From Bacilli bacterium (lineage in GTDB: Bacteria; Bacillota_I; Bacilli_A; RF39; UBA660), in NCBI GenBank assembly GCA_017409785.1, contig JAFQSD010000004.1, positions 48,663 through 112,662 on the forward strand: a stretch of 64,000 bases of DNA, written 5' to 3'. Both the position numbers and the translations under genes were made by a program. Every line of letters begins with the position of its first letter. Position 1 is the stretch's first letter. The notes beneath the pieces are model-generated. The model saw only the letters and a program-made list of their open reading frames with translations, did no database searches and was not told the DNA's origin. Shown here one piece after another: positions 18,973 to 27,504 of the stretch.

Positions 18973-20637
18973 ATGAAATACGATATTTGTGTCTTTGGAG
19001 GATGTGCTCTAGACCAATTTTATTATAAAAGTGAAAAGGGAGAAATCCCAGAATGTCCATCTCTAGTTTTACCAGGTGGAAAAGGTTCTAACCAAGCAGT
19101 AGCAGCAGCTCGTGCAGGAGCTAAAGTTACAATGGTTAGTCGTTTAGGAAAAGATTCAATTGGCCAAAGAATATTAGAAAACCTTGTATACAACAACATT
19201 ACTACAAATAATATTGAAGTAGTAGATGGTTTAAGTAATGATTATGCCAAAATTGTTATTGATGAAAAGACTAAAGATAATGATATTGAAAGATTTGCAG
19301 GAGCAATAGATAGTTTTACTCCAGATATCATTGATCGATATAAAAAAGTATTTCTTCAATCAAAAATGATAGTTGCACAACTAAAAGTACCAAAAGAAGT
19401 AAGTGTTGAATTAATTAACTTCTGCTTTGACAATAATGTCCCATTAATATTAACTCCTTGTCGTCCACAAAGATTAGTAATATCTGAACCAGGAAATAAG
19501 GATTTACTTGATAAGATTACATACATAACTGCTAATAAAAAAGAATGTGAAACAATTTTTGAAACAACAGATATCGATTCTTGTCTAGCAATGTATCCTA
19601 ATAAATTAATCGTAACATTAGGTCCTGATGGAGTAGCATATCATGATGGAGAGAAAGTGGTTAGAATTCCTGCTATTGAAGTTGATAGAGTAGAAGATAC
19701 AACAGGAGCAGGAGATACATTTAATGGAAACTTTGCGGCATCTTTAATTAAAGGATATACAATTTATGAATCAGTAGTAAAAGCTCAATACGCATCAAGT
19801 ATGAAAATTAGAGTAAAAGGTGCTCAAGATGGAATGCCTTATGAAGAAGAATTAGAAAAATACATGATGAATTATTATCTTGATGATCATAATTACACAA
19901 GAGAATTTGATCTAGCATATAATGCTATCGAAGATGCAACATCAACTATTAATAAAAAGAATTTAGTAAAAATTAAATTCCGCGAAAAAGCAGATTCAAC
20001 ATTCGTTACAGAATCAGACCTAATCGTTGAAAAATTATTAATTGACCATATTAGAGATAGTTTCCCTGATGACAATTTTGTTACAGAAGAATTCAATAAC
20101 GAAAATGCAATTCAAAATCGTACATGGATAATTGATCCGATTGATGGAACTGCTCACTATATGAAAAAGTCAATTTTCTGGGGAATTCAATTAGCATTTG
20201 TAGATAAAGGAGAAATTCAATTCTCAATTATGTATTTACCAAAATTAGATGAAATGTTTTATGCAATAAAAGGTAAAGGTGCATATCTAAATCATAAAAA
20301 GATTAACTTGGGAAATACAGTACCACTAAATCAAAGTACAATTGAATTCTGTGGTTCTTGTCATAAAAAGTTCTATGAAAAACAACGTATTTTTGAAAAG
20401 TTATTAAATAACCCAGTTCATCCAGCAAACTTTATGCATATTAACGCATGTTGTTTTGCTTTCTCAAACCTTTTAACAGGAAGAACAAATACTCTTGTGT
20501 TATCTACAACAAAACCATGGGATATTATTCCAGGTGTATTTATGACACAAGAAGCAGGATTAAAACAATTCTCAATTACTGGATTAACTGTATATTCGAA
20601 TACAGAAGATATTGAAAAATTCATTTTAGAAGACTAA
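18973..20637 (+). CDS. fusion protein: PfkB-family sugar kinase (N) plus inositol-monophosphatase-family phosphatase (C)
   Basis: N-domain: GGKGSNQAVAAARAGAKV and DTTGAGDTFNG (PfkB motifs). C-domain: VTESDLIVEKLL, EEF, WIIDPIDGTAHY, WD (IMPase motifs). It is a single 554-aa frame. Confidence 0.8.
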   Translation: MKYDICVFGGCALDQFYYKSEKGEIPECPSLVLPGGKGSNQAVAAARAGAKVTMVSRLGKDSIGQRILENLVYNNITTNNIEVVDGLSNDYAKIVIDEKTKDNDIERFAGAIDSFTPDIIDRYKKVFLQSKMIVAQLKVPKEVSVELINFCFDNNVPLILTPCRPQRLVISEPGNKDLLDKITYITANKKECETIFETTDIDSCLAMYPNKLIVTLGPDGVAYHDGEKVVRIPAIEVDRVEDTTGAGDTFNGNFAASLIKGYTIYESVVKAQYASSMKIRVKGAQDGMPYEEELEKYMMNYYLDDHNYTREFDLAYNAIEDATSTINKKNLVKIKFREKADSTFVTESDLIVEKLLIDHIRDSFPDDNFVTEEFNNENAIQNRTWIIDPIDGTAHYMKKSIFWGIQLAFVDKGEIQFSIMYLPKLDEMFYAIKGKGAYLNHKKINLGNTVPLNQSTIEFCGSCHKKFYEKQRIFEKLLNNPVHPANFMHINACCFAFSNLLTGRTNTLVLSTTKPWDIIPGVFMTQEAGLKQFSITGLTVYSNTEDIEKFILED

Positions 20638-20653
20638 TATTTGGAGGTAGTGT

Positions 20654-22474
20654 ATGAAAAAATATATCAATGAAGACTTAATTAAAATATTAATAAGTAT
20701 AATCTTATTTATAGTTTCCTTATTTATTGAGGCTGCAGAAGTAAACTTAGCATTACTCGCAATTTCATATGCTATCATAAGTACTGGAATATATATAAAT
20801 GCTTATCACCACGTAAAGAAAAAAATATTCTTTGATGAAAACTTGCTTATGATTATTGCCACACTATGTGCTTTTGCCATCGGTAGTAATGAAGAAGCAG
20901 TAATGGTTATGTTATTATTCCATATTGGAGAATATTTATCTGATTTGGCAGTAAATAACAGTAAAAAATCAATTACAAAATTAATGGACTTAAGAGTAGA
21001 AAAAGCAAATAAATTAATAAATGGTGAAATAGTAGAAGTAGATATTAAAAAAGTTGAAGAAGATGATTTATTACTTGTTAAGCCAGGAGAAAAAATACCA
21101 TTAGATGGTATTGTAATAGAAGGAGAGTCACATCTAGATACATCATCATTAACAGGAGAATCAAAACCAAGAAAAGTATCAATTAATGATAAAGTCATAA
21201 GTGGTTGTATAAATAAAGATAATATTCTAACTATTAAAGCAACATCTACGTATAAAACATCAACAGCATCTAAAATAATAGATATTATTGAAAAATCTTC
21301 TTCTAAGAAAGCTGAAACAGAAAAATTTATTACAAAGTTTTCTAAGGTGTACACACCTATAATAGTTGTATGTGCAATACTTCTTGTAGTAATTCCAACA
21401 CTTCTTGGACAAGAATTTAATACATGGTTATATAGAGCCTTAGTATTCTTAGTAACTTCTTGTCCATGTGCTTTAGTAATTTCTATTCCTCTAGCATATT
21501 TTTGTGGAATAGGTAAGGCATCACGTGAAGGAATATTAATAAAAGGTAGTAAAGAATTAGAAAACTTAGAAAACCTAGATTACATAATTTTTGATAAAAC
21601 AGGTACAATAACAGAAGGCGTGTTCGAAGTAACAGAAATCTATACAGTAGATATAAAAGAAAATAAATTACTTCAAATTGCTGCTTCTGCCGAAGAATAT
21701 TCACTTCATCCAATTGCAACTGCAATAAAAGAAAAAAATGAATCTAAACTTTTACCAGTAGAAAAATATAAAGAAATTAGTGGTAAAGGAATATCCTGCG
21801 AAGTAGATGGAAAAAAAGTATTAATTGGTAATGAACAATTATTAAAAGATAATAAAGTAATGACTCTACCAGTTTCAGAAAACTCATCAATTGTTCATAT
21901 CGCAATTGATAAAGAATATGCAGGATATATTGTAATATCTGATAAAGTTAAGAAGAGTAGTTCACATATTATAAAACTATTAAAATATATAAATAAAGAT
22001 TTAGTAATACTATCTGGAGATATCGAATCAACTGTTAAAAAAGTTGCCAAAAAAGTAGGTATTAATAATTACTTCGCATCACTTCTTCCAGAAGATAAAG
22101 TAAACAAAGTAAAAGAATACAAGAAAGAAGGAAAAGTTCTTTTTGTAGGTGATGGAGTAAATGATGCTCCTGTATTAAAAATATCTGACATTGGTGTATC
22201 TATGGGACAAGTTGGTAGTGATGCTGCAATTGAAGCAAGTGATATGGTTATCATGAAAGATGACTTATCTAAAATAGAAACTGCAATTAAAATCGCAGCT
22301 TATACCAAAAAGAAAGTTAAGCAAACAATGACTTTTGCACTACTAATAAAATTTGTAATATTAATACTTGGTGCTTATGGAATAAGTACTATCTGGATGG
22401 CAGTATTTGCCGATGTAGGAGTAACATTCCTATGTATTTTAAACGTTCTAACTATCATGTGGAAAAAATTTTAA
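20654..22474 (+). CDS. heavy-metal translocating P1B-type ATPase (Cd/Zn/Co-like), no N-terminal metal-binding domain
   Basis: SCPCALVISIPLA (CPC), FDKTGTITEG, GDGVNDAP, TGES. The protein begins directly with TM helices. Confidence 0.9.
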   Translation: MKKYINEDLIKILISIILFIVSLFIEAAEVNLALLAISYAIISTGIYINAYHHVKKKIFFDENLLMIIATLCAFAIGSNEEAVMVMLLFHIGEYLSDLAVNNSKKSITKLMDLRVEKANKLINGEIVEVDIKKVEEDDLLLVKPGEKIPLDGIVIEGESHLDTSSLTGESKPRKVSINDKVISGCINKDNILTIKATSTYKTSTASKIIDIIEKSSSKKAETEKFITKFSKVYTPIIVVCAILLVVIPTLLGQEFNTWLYRALVFLVTSCPCALVISIPLAYFCGIGKASREGILIKGSKELENLENLDYIIFDKTGTITEGVFEVTEIYTVDIKENKLLQIAASAEEYSLHPIATAIKEKNESKLLPVEKYKEISGKGISCEVDGKKVLIGNEQLLKDNKVMTLPVSENSSIVHIAIDKEYAGYIVISDKVKKSSSHIIKLLKYINKDLVILSGDIESTVKKVAKKVGINNYFASLLPEDKVNKVKEYKKEGKVLFVGDGVNDAPVLKISDIGVSMGQVGSDAAIEASDMVIMKDDLSKIETAIKIAAYTKKKVKQTMTFALLIKFVILILGAYGISTIWMAVFADVGVTFLCILNVLTIMWKKF

Positions 22475-22513
22475 AGGAGGAAGAATAATATTTTATTCTT
22501 CTTTGGTGTTTAT

Positions 22514-23704
22514 ATGAAGAAAAAAATAATAATAATTGTCATAATTACATTAGTATTAATTTCCATGATTATAGGTGGTATTTTCTTCTATAATAAATGG
22601 AGAATAGCTAATGCTAAAATATTAGTGGAACTAAATGATAACCTACAAGTTGAAGTATATAGTGAAAGTAAATTATCTGACTTTATAAAATCAATAAATG
22701 GTAAGATTCAAGATGATTTTACTATTAATACTGAAAAGGTAGGGAAGAAACCAATTAATTTTAAATATATAAATGATGATAATATAGAAGTTTCATATTC
22801 ATTTGAAATAGAAGTTGTTGATACAAAAGCTCCATATATTTTCTCTTCAAGTTCATTGTCAGTAACAAAAGGTTATTCTGGAAACTTAGCTGAAGAACTA
22901 TTTTGTGGTGATAATTATGATGATGTACCAGTCTGTGAAATTACGGGAACATATAATGCTAATGTGCCAGGAACATACCCTCTAACATTTACAGGAAAAG
23001 ATTCATCTGGAAATGTTTCAACAACTAATTTTAATTTGATTGTAAAAGAAAAGTCATCAACAACAGCTTCTTCAACATATCAAAACTTTTCCGATATAGT
23101 TGCCAAACATAAAACTGAAAATACTAAGATAGGTTTAGATGTATCTAAATGGCAAGGAGACATAAACTTCCAACAAGTAAAAGACGCTGGAGTAGAATTT
23201 GTTTTTATAAGAATTGGAACTCAAAAAGGAATTGGTGGAGAATATGTTATTGATCCAAAATTTGAACAAAATATAAAAGGATTCCAAAGTGTTGGAATCC
23301 CTGTTGGAGTATATTTTTATACTTATGCTAATAGTAATAAAGCATCACTTGCTGATGCTAAATGGGTTATAGAAAACTTAAAACCATACAAGATAGAATT
23401 ACCAGTAGTATTTGACTGGGAAAACTGGTCTTTCTATCAAGAATTTGATAAAAGTTTCTATAACCTAACACAAATGGCTAATACATTTCTAAGTACTATA
23501 GAAAAAGCAGGCTATAAAGCCATGCTATACAGTAGTAAAAATTATCTAGAAAATGTCTGGTTTGAAACAAACTATCCAGTATGGCTAGCTCATTATACAG
23601 AAAAAACTACATATCAAGGAAAATATGATGTATGGCAATTATGTAGTAATGGAAGAGTTCCAGGAATAAAAGGAAACGTTGATATAAATGTTATGTATAA
23701 TTAA
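22514..23704 (+). CDS. membrane-anchored GH25 muramidase (lysozyme) with Ig-like middle domain
   Basis: N-terminal TM helix, a beta-rich region (TGTYNANVPGTYPLTFTGKDSSGN), then the GH25 core IGLDVSKWQGDINFQQVKDAGVEFVFIRIG...DVWQ. Confidence 0.85.
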   Translation: MKKKIIIIVIITLVLISMIIGGIFFYNKWRIANAKILVELNDNLQVEVYSESKLSDFIKSINGKIQDDFTINTEKVGKKPINFKYINDDNIEVSYSFEIEVVDTKAPYIFSSSSLSVTKGYSGNLAEELFCGDNYDDVPVCEITGTYNANVPGTYPLTFTGKDSSGNVSTTNFNLIVKEKSSTTASSTYQNFSDIVAKHKTENTKIGLDVSKWQGDINFQQVKDAGVEFVFIRIGTQKGIGGEYVIDPKFEQNIKGFQSVGIPVGVYFYTYANSNKASLADAKWVIENLKPYKIELPVVFDWENWSFYQEFDKSFYNLTQMANTFLSTIEKAGYKAMLYSSKNYLENVWFETNYPVWLAHYTEKTTYQGKYDVWQLCSNGRVPGIKGNVDINVMYN

Positions 23705-24399
23705 ATATACTTTAATATCTTCACAATATGATTACCACTCTTAGTAGTTTTAATAATTCCAATATATTTAAACTTACCAATCTTTCTTATACTAAAAGTA
23801 TCATTTTCTTTTAACGTATAAGAAAGATTTTTTAATAGTTCATTATTTAATAAAATTTCTTTATCTTTAACTTTCTCCTTAATCACGGCACGACTAGTGC
23901 CAGATAAATGAGATACAATTGTATCTATTCTTTCACTAGATACAATTAATTCAAGTTCTTCATAAGCACGTTCATAATCTTTTAAATAATCAAGATCTAA
24001 TTCAATAAGTTCAATTTTACTATTACGAACTTTAGTAAAATTCATTTCAAAATAATTTTGAAAAAGTTTTAAAATATAAATAAAATATCTACCATCATTA
24101 AGAATAATATCTCCATACATTTCTTTACTAATATTTAAAGAATACATTGTACCTAAAATATCTTGATGACGTAATTCATTAGAACATTTAATTTCATATA
24201 ATAAAACTTCGGGTTCTCGATCTAAATAATAAATTATCTTTTCGCTATCTCGGTTAGGAGAAAAAACATTAAGTCTGTTTTTTCCAAACTTTCTTTTAAC
24301 CTCTTTGGCTTCACTTAAATCTAAAAAGAAAGTTGGTTGACCATTATCAAGTCTAGTTACATTCTTTTGAATCTCATACATAAAATACCTCTTAAACAC
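23701..24399 (-). CDS. ylmH: YlmH-like S4-domain RNA-binding protein
   Basis: Colinear with B. subtilis YlmH as I recall it: LRHQDILGTMYSLNISKEMYGDIIL, SSERIDTIVSHLSGTSRAVIKEKVKDKEILLN, and a C-terminal S4-like tail. Confidence 0.65.
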   Translation of the reverse strand: MFKRYFMYEIQKNVTRLDNGQPTFFLDLSEAKEVKRKFGKNRLNVFSPNRDSEKIIYYLDREPEVLLYEIKCSNELRHQDILGTMYSLNISKEMYGDIILNDGRYFIYILKLFQNYFEMNFTKVRNSKIELIELDLDYLKDYERAYEELELIVSSERIDTIVSHLSGTSRAVIKEKVKDKEILLNNELLKNLSYTLKENDTFSIRKIGKFKYIGIIKTTKSGNHIVKILKYI

Positions 24400-24445
24400 T
24401 CGCTATTATATCAAATAAAATGTTATAATTAAAGTGGTGATTATA

Positions 24446-24844
24446 ATGAAAGTAATAACTGTAAAGCAACCATTCGCAACACTTATAGCAGAAGGTCTAA
24501 AAGAATATGAATTTAGAACATGGAGAACTAAATTTAGAGGTGATATTTTAATACATGCCGGTAAGGGAATAGATAAAAAGGCTATGGAAAGATATAAACA
24601 TTTAAATTTAGATTATCCATCAGGAAAAATAATAGCAAAAGCAACTATCACAGACTGTGTTTATGTAGATGATAATTTAAAAGAAGAATTACAAGAAAAA
24701 GATCCATTAGTATATTATGGTATACTTCAAAAAGATAGTGATTGGGATGGTTATGGATTTAAATTAGAAAACATAGAAAAGATAGAACCAATAGAAATAA
24801 ATGGAAAACTAAGTCTATGGGACTATGATTATAAAGACGAGTAA
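24446..24844 (+). CDS. ASCH domain protein
   Basis: MKVITVKQPFATLIAEGLKEYEFRTWRTKFRGDILIHAGK. The ATG at 24446 has RBS gtggtga, and the extended -10 TGTTATAAT lies just upstream, so the GTG at 24434 is unlikely. Confidence 0.7.
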   Translation: MKVITVKQPFATLIAEGLKEYEFRTWRTKFRGDILIHAGKGIDKKAMERYKHLNLDYPSGKIIAKATITDCVYVDDNLKEELQEKDPLVYYGILQKDSDWDGYGFKLENIEKIEPIEINGKLSLWDYDYKDE

Positions 24845-24858
24845 TCGTCTTTTTTTTG
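24833..24858 (+). terminator. intrinsic terminator after the ASCH gene
   Basis: agacga-gtaa-tcgtct followed by T8. Confidence 0.7.
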
Positions 24859-24879
24859 TAAACATAAATTGTGGAAAAC

Positions 24880-24906
24880 TTGACAAAGAGGTGGGGGGGG
24901 TACAAT
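24880..24906 (+). promoter_or_regulatory. promoter of secreted paralog A with a G8 homopolymer in the spacer
   Basis: TTGACA (24880-24885), a 15-nt spacer aagaggtGGGGGGGG, and TACAAT (24901-24906). The G8 run is at 24893-24900. Confidence 0.55.
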
Positions 24907-24931
24907 TTTACTAGAATAGGAGTTGCAGAAA

Positions 24932-25615
24932 ATGGAAAAATCAAGAAAAACTAAAGTTTTATTAATTATTGCATTAGTATTAGCAATAACAGGAATGTCT
25001 TTAGGATTTGCAGCTTTCTCATCAACTTTAACTATCTCATCAAGTGCGACTGTAACACCTAATAGTGATGATTTTAACCTTACGATATATGGTATTAGTG
25101 ATTATGTGGCTTGGGGAGATTTTCTAAATAGTTTAGACTTTTCACTTCTTTCTACTACAATATCTTCTCCAACACTTAACCCTACATCATCGTCGGCCGA
25201 AACAACTGCTACAACAGCAATTATAAATAATGATACAATGACATTATCAAATATAAGTGTAACATTCTCAAAGCCAAGTATAGAAACAGCTAATTATTAT
25301 TTTGTACTAAAAAACACAGGAAAATATACTGCATATATGAATTTAAATGAAAGTGAAATAGGAGAATTATGTACATGGGAAGAAAATACAACGGAAAGTT
25401 TAGCAGAACAAGCATGTAATTCTATATATTGGAATATATATACCATAGATAATCAGGGAAATCAAATAGAATTCGGCACAAGTCCAATATTACCAAATGA
25501 TTGGCAAATGCTATTGATTGAATTCAAATATCCAGAGGGTTCAGTCTTACCAGATGGAAATATTAAATATGAAGTAAGAGAATTAAAACTCCCATATACG
25601 ACAACACCACAATAA
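24932..25615 (+). CDS. secreted protein with SipW/TasA-type (camelysin-like) signal peptide, paralog A
   Basis: MEKSRKTKVLLIIALVLAITGMSLGFAAFSSTLTISSSATV. RBS AGGAG lies 9 nt upstream of the ATG at 24932; the ORF-track TTG at 24923 is unlikely. The mature part is beta-rich and Thr/Ser-rich. Confidence 0.7.
   Translation: MEKSRKTKVLLIIALVLAITGMSLGFAAFSSTLTISSSATVTPNSDDFNLTIYGISDYVAWGDFLNSLDFSLLSTTISSPTLNPTSSSAETTATTAIINNDTMTLSNISVTFSKPSIETANYYFVLKNTGKYTAYMNLNESEIGELCTWEENTTESLAEQACNSIYWNIYTIDNQGNQIEFGTSPILPNDWQMLLIEFKYPEGSVLPDGNIKYEVRELKLPYTTTPQ
24968..25060 (+). repeat. paralogous 5' coding segment, copy A (signal peptide region)
   Basis: About 93 nt, roughly 85-90 percent identical by eye to 27541..27633. 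Confidence 0.8.
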
Positions 25616-25641
25616 AAACACCAATTAGGTGTTTTTATTTT
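25614..25641. terminator. bidirectional terminator between convergent genes
   Basis: aaaaacacc-aatta-ggtgttttt, flanked by A-runs and T-runs. Confidence 0.7.
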
Positions 25642-26086
25642 ATAAAAATTCTTTAATTTCTTCTACGTATTCTTCTTGCATATCTACATATTCTTTCATG
25701 ATTTCTTTTACATTAGGATCTTCATCTTTTTGATTAATAAGTCTTCTTCCTTCAATAATTCCCATATTTAATCCCTGAAGTAACATCTCTGCAAGTTTTG
25801 AATCACTTCCATCATTCATAGTTCGCATTTGAATACCAGACCATGTCATAACTTTATTCATCGCATTTGTTTCATGAGGATCATCATCACTATATTTATC
25901 ATATACTTTATTAATTCTTTCTTCTAAGTCCTCATATTCTTCTAGTAAATCTTCACAAACTTTTTTAAATTTTTTATCTTCAATTTTTTCTAAGATAAAT
26001 TTAACTGCATCACTTCCCATACAACAACCTTTATTTAATTCATCTAAAATATCAATATTATTTTCTTCTTTCATAATTCCCTCCAT
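25640..26086 (-). CDS. hypothetical acidic all-helical protein (possibly four-helix-bundle/ferritin-like)
   Basis: 148 aa, Glu/Asp/Lys-rich helices. I could not place a catalytic motif. Start MEGIMKEEN or the internal MKEEN. Confidence 0.4.
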   Translation of the reverse strand: MEGIMKEENNIDILDELNKGCCMGSDAVKFILEKIEDKKFKKVCEDLLEEYEDLEERINKVYDKYSDDDPHETNAMNKVMTWSGIQMRTMNDGSDSKLAEMLLQGLNMGIIEGRRLINQKDEDPNVKEIMKEYVDMQEEYVEEIKEFL

Positions 26087-26179
26087 TTATAGTATTTACA
26101 CAATTTACAAAAAAATACATTTATAAAATATTAAAAAAAAACAATTATGATATACTTAAGTAAAGTAGAGGAGAAGACT

Positions 26180-26638
26180 ATGAAAAAGAAAATATTACTA
26201 GTTTTATTATTAATTGGAACATTATTTATAACAGGATGTACTGCGAAAGAAAAATTAGAACCAAATAATTTTAAAAAAATTATGGAGAAAAAAGAATTTG
26301 TTGTAGTAGATAACACAGGAATTGCTTTATCTGAAATTGGAAATGTTGAATTAAGCTATACCGCATCTCCGCAAGACCAACGATATACAATTGAATATTA
26401 TTCATTTGATGGAGAAGTATCTGCCCAAGGATTCTATGCTAAGAAACAAGCTGAATTAGGTTCAACAGGTTCACAAGTATATACAGAACTAAATCTTGGA
26501 AATTATTCAAAATATACAATGATTTATAATGGAAAATTCACTGCTATATCACGTGTTTCTAACACAGCTGTCTATGTAACAGCCGACAAAATATATGAAG
26601 AAGAAATAAAACAATTATTATTGGATATTGGTTACTAA
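26180..26638 (+). CDS. lipoprotein
   Basis: MKKKILLVLLLIGTLFITGC has the lipobox L-F-I-T-G-C. RBS GAGGAG precedes the ATG at 26180, and the extended -10 TGATATACT at 26148-26156 covers the ORF-track start. Confidence 0.7.
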   Translation: MKKKILLVLLLIGTLFITGCTAKEKLEPNNFKKIMEKKEFVVVDNTGIALSEIGNVELSYTASPQDQRYTIEYYSFDGEVSAQGFYAKKQAELGSTGSQVYTELNLGNYSKYTMIYNGKFTAISRVSNTAVYVTADKIYEEEIKQLLLDIGY

Positions 26639-26700
26639 AAAGACTCAACTTGACAAATGTATAAAATACGCATATCATATTAACGAATGGAGTTGATATT

Positions 26701-27375
26701 ATGGAATTAACTAATCCTTTATATAAAAATATGGGAGCACACGTTGTTGATACTATTTTTACAATTGATAAAGGTAGAATTAAAGTCCTTTTAATTAAAA
26801 GAAATAACGAACCATATAGAGGAAGTTGGGCTTTAGTAAGTGGAGCTATGTATAATAATGAACTTATTGAAACTGCAGCTTTACGTGAATTAAAAGAAAA
26901 AACAAATATCTCAGATATTGAATTAACTTTTATAGGGGTAGATGATGATACTGATAGATCACCACTATTAAGAATGTTTGCTTTTATTCATATCGGTCTT
27001 GTTGATTTTCAAAATATAAAATTTTTAAAAGAAACAGAAAAAACAATGGATGCAGATTGGTTTGACATTAATGATATTCCAGAACTTGCTTATGACCACA
27101 ATAAGATTTTAGATTATGCTATTGAAAAATTAAAAACAATGATTAATTCATCAAATATTTTAAAAAGAATTTATCCTAATGGATTTACAATCCCAGAAAT
27201 TCATAAAGTTTATGAATCAACATTAGGAGTAGAAATAGATAGACGTAACTTTAGAAAAAAACTTCTAACTCAAAAAATAATTCTTGATACAAATGAAACA
27301 ATAACTTTTGAAGGTAAGAAGCCAGCCAAAAAATATATATTTAATGATGAATTACCAGATAAAAAATTATTCTAG
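26701..27375 (+). CDS. NrtR-like regulator (Nudix-fold N-domain plus winged-helix C-domain)
   Basis: Nudix-like GSWALVSGAMYNNELIETAALRELKEKTN. The C-terminal segment FTIPEIHKVYESTLGVEIDRRNFRKKL is typical of the NrtR wHTH. Confidence 0.65.
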   Translation: MELTNPLYKNMGAHVVDTIFTIDKGRIKVLLIKRNNEPYRGSWALVSGAMYNNELIETAALRELKEKTNISDIELTFIGVDDDTDRSPLLRMFAFIHIGLVDFQNIKFLKETEKTMDADWFDINDIPELAYDHNKILDYAIEKLKTMINSSNILKRIYPNGFTIPEIHKVYESTLGVEIDRRNFRKKLLTQKIILDTNETITFEGKKPAKKYIFNDELPDKKLF

Positions 27376-27405
27376 AGAAGAACTTAAATTGTTCTTCTTT
27401 TTTTG
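27376..27405 (+). terminator. intrinsic terminator after the nrtR-like gene
   Basis: agaagaac-ttaaatt-gttcttct followed by T6. Confidence 0.7.
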
Positions 27406-27449
27406 ACAAAAACTAATATTAAAATAATGTAAAGTAAGACTAAGGAAAG

Positions 27450-27478
27450 TTGAAAAAAAACGTATAGAAAGGTACAAT
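27450..27478 (+). promoter_or_regulatory. promoter of secreted paralog B (A8 tract at the -35/spacer junction)
   Basis: TTGAAA (27450-27455) with an A8 run, a 17-nt spacer, and TACAAT (27473-27478). The architecture matches paralog A. Confidence 0.55.
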
Positions 27479-27504
27479 TATATTATAGAATTGGGGAAAT
27501 TAAT

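Noticed and set aside
20806-21354. 182-aa minus-strand ORF. The same applies to the other antisense ORFs in the track: 1987-2190, 6153-6410, 9187-9633, 13211-13576, 16553-17179, 19893-20624, 31989-32597, 39879-40106, 46683-49331, 51891-52214, 53760-54041, 57433-57829, 58183-58473, 60605-61304 and 62167-62512.
   Set aside because: Each lies entirely inside a well-supported gene on the opposite strand. Their sequences are Ser/Leu/Ile/Phe-rich low-complexity typical of antisense frames in AT-rich DNA, and none has an RBS.
22475-22513. Hairpin gaagaataa-tatt-ttattcttc between the P-type ATPase and the GH25 gene, considered as a regulatory element.
   Set aside because: It is most simply the ATPase terminator, although the U-tract is weak (TTTGG). 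The GH25 start follows immediately with only a weak GGTG RBS, and I have nothing further to support a special function.
23701-23704. Convergent genes (GH25 lysin and ylmH) overlapping by 4 nt at their stop codons (TTAA) with no terminator.
   Set aside because: This is real in the sequence, but such stop-stop overlaps are common in compact genomes. I could not support any further signal.
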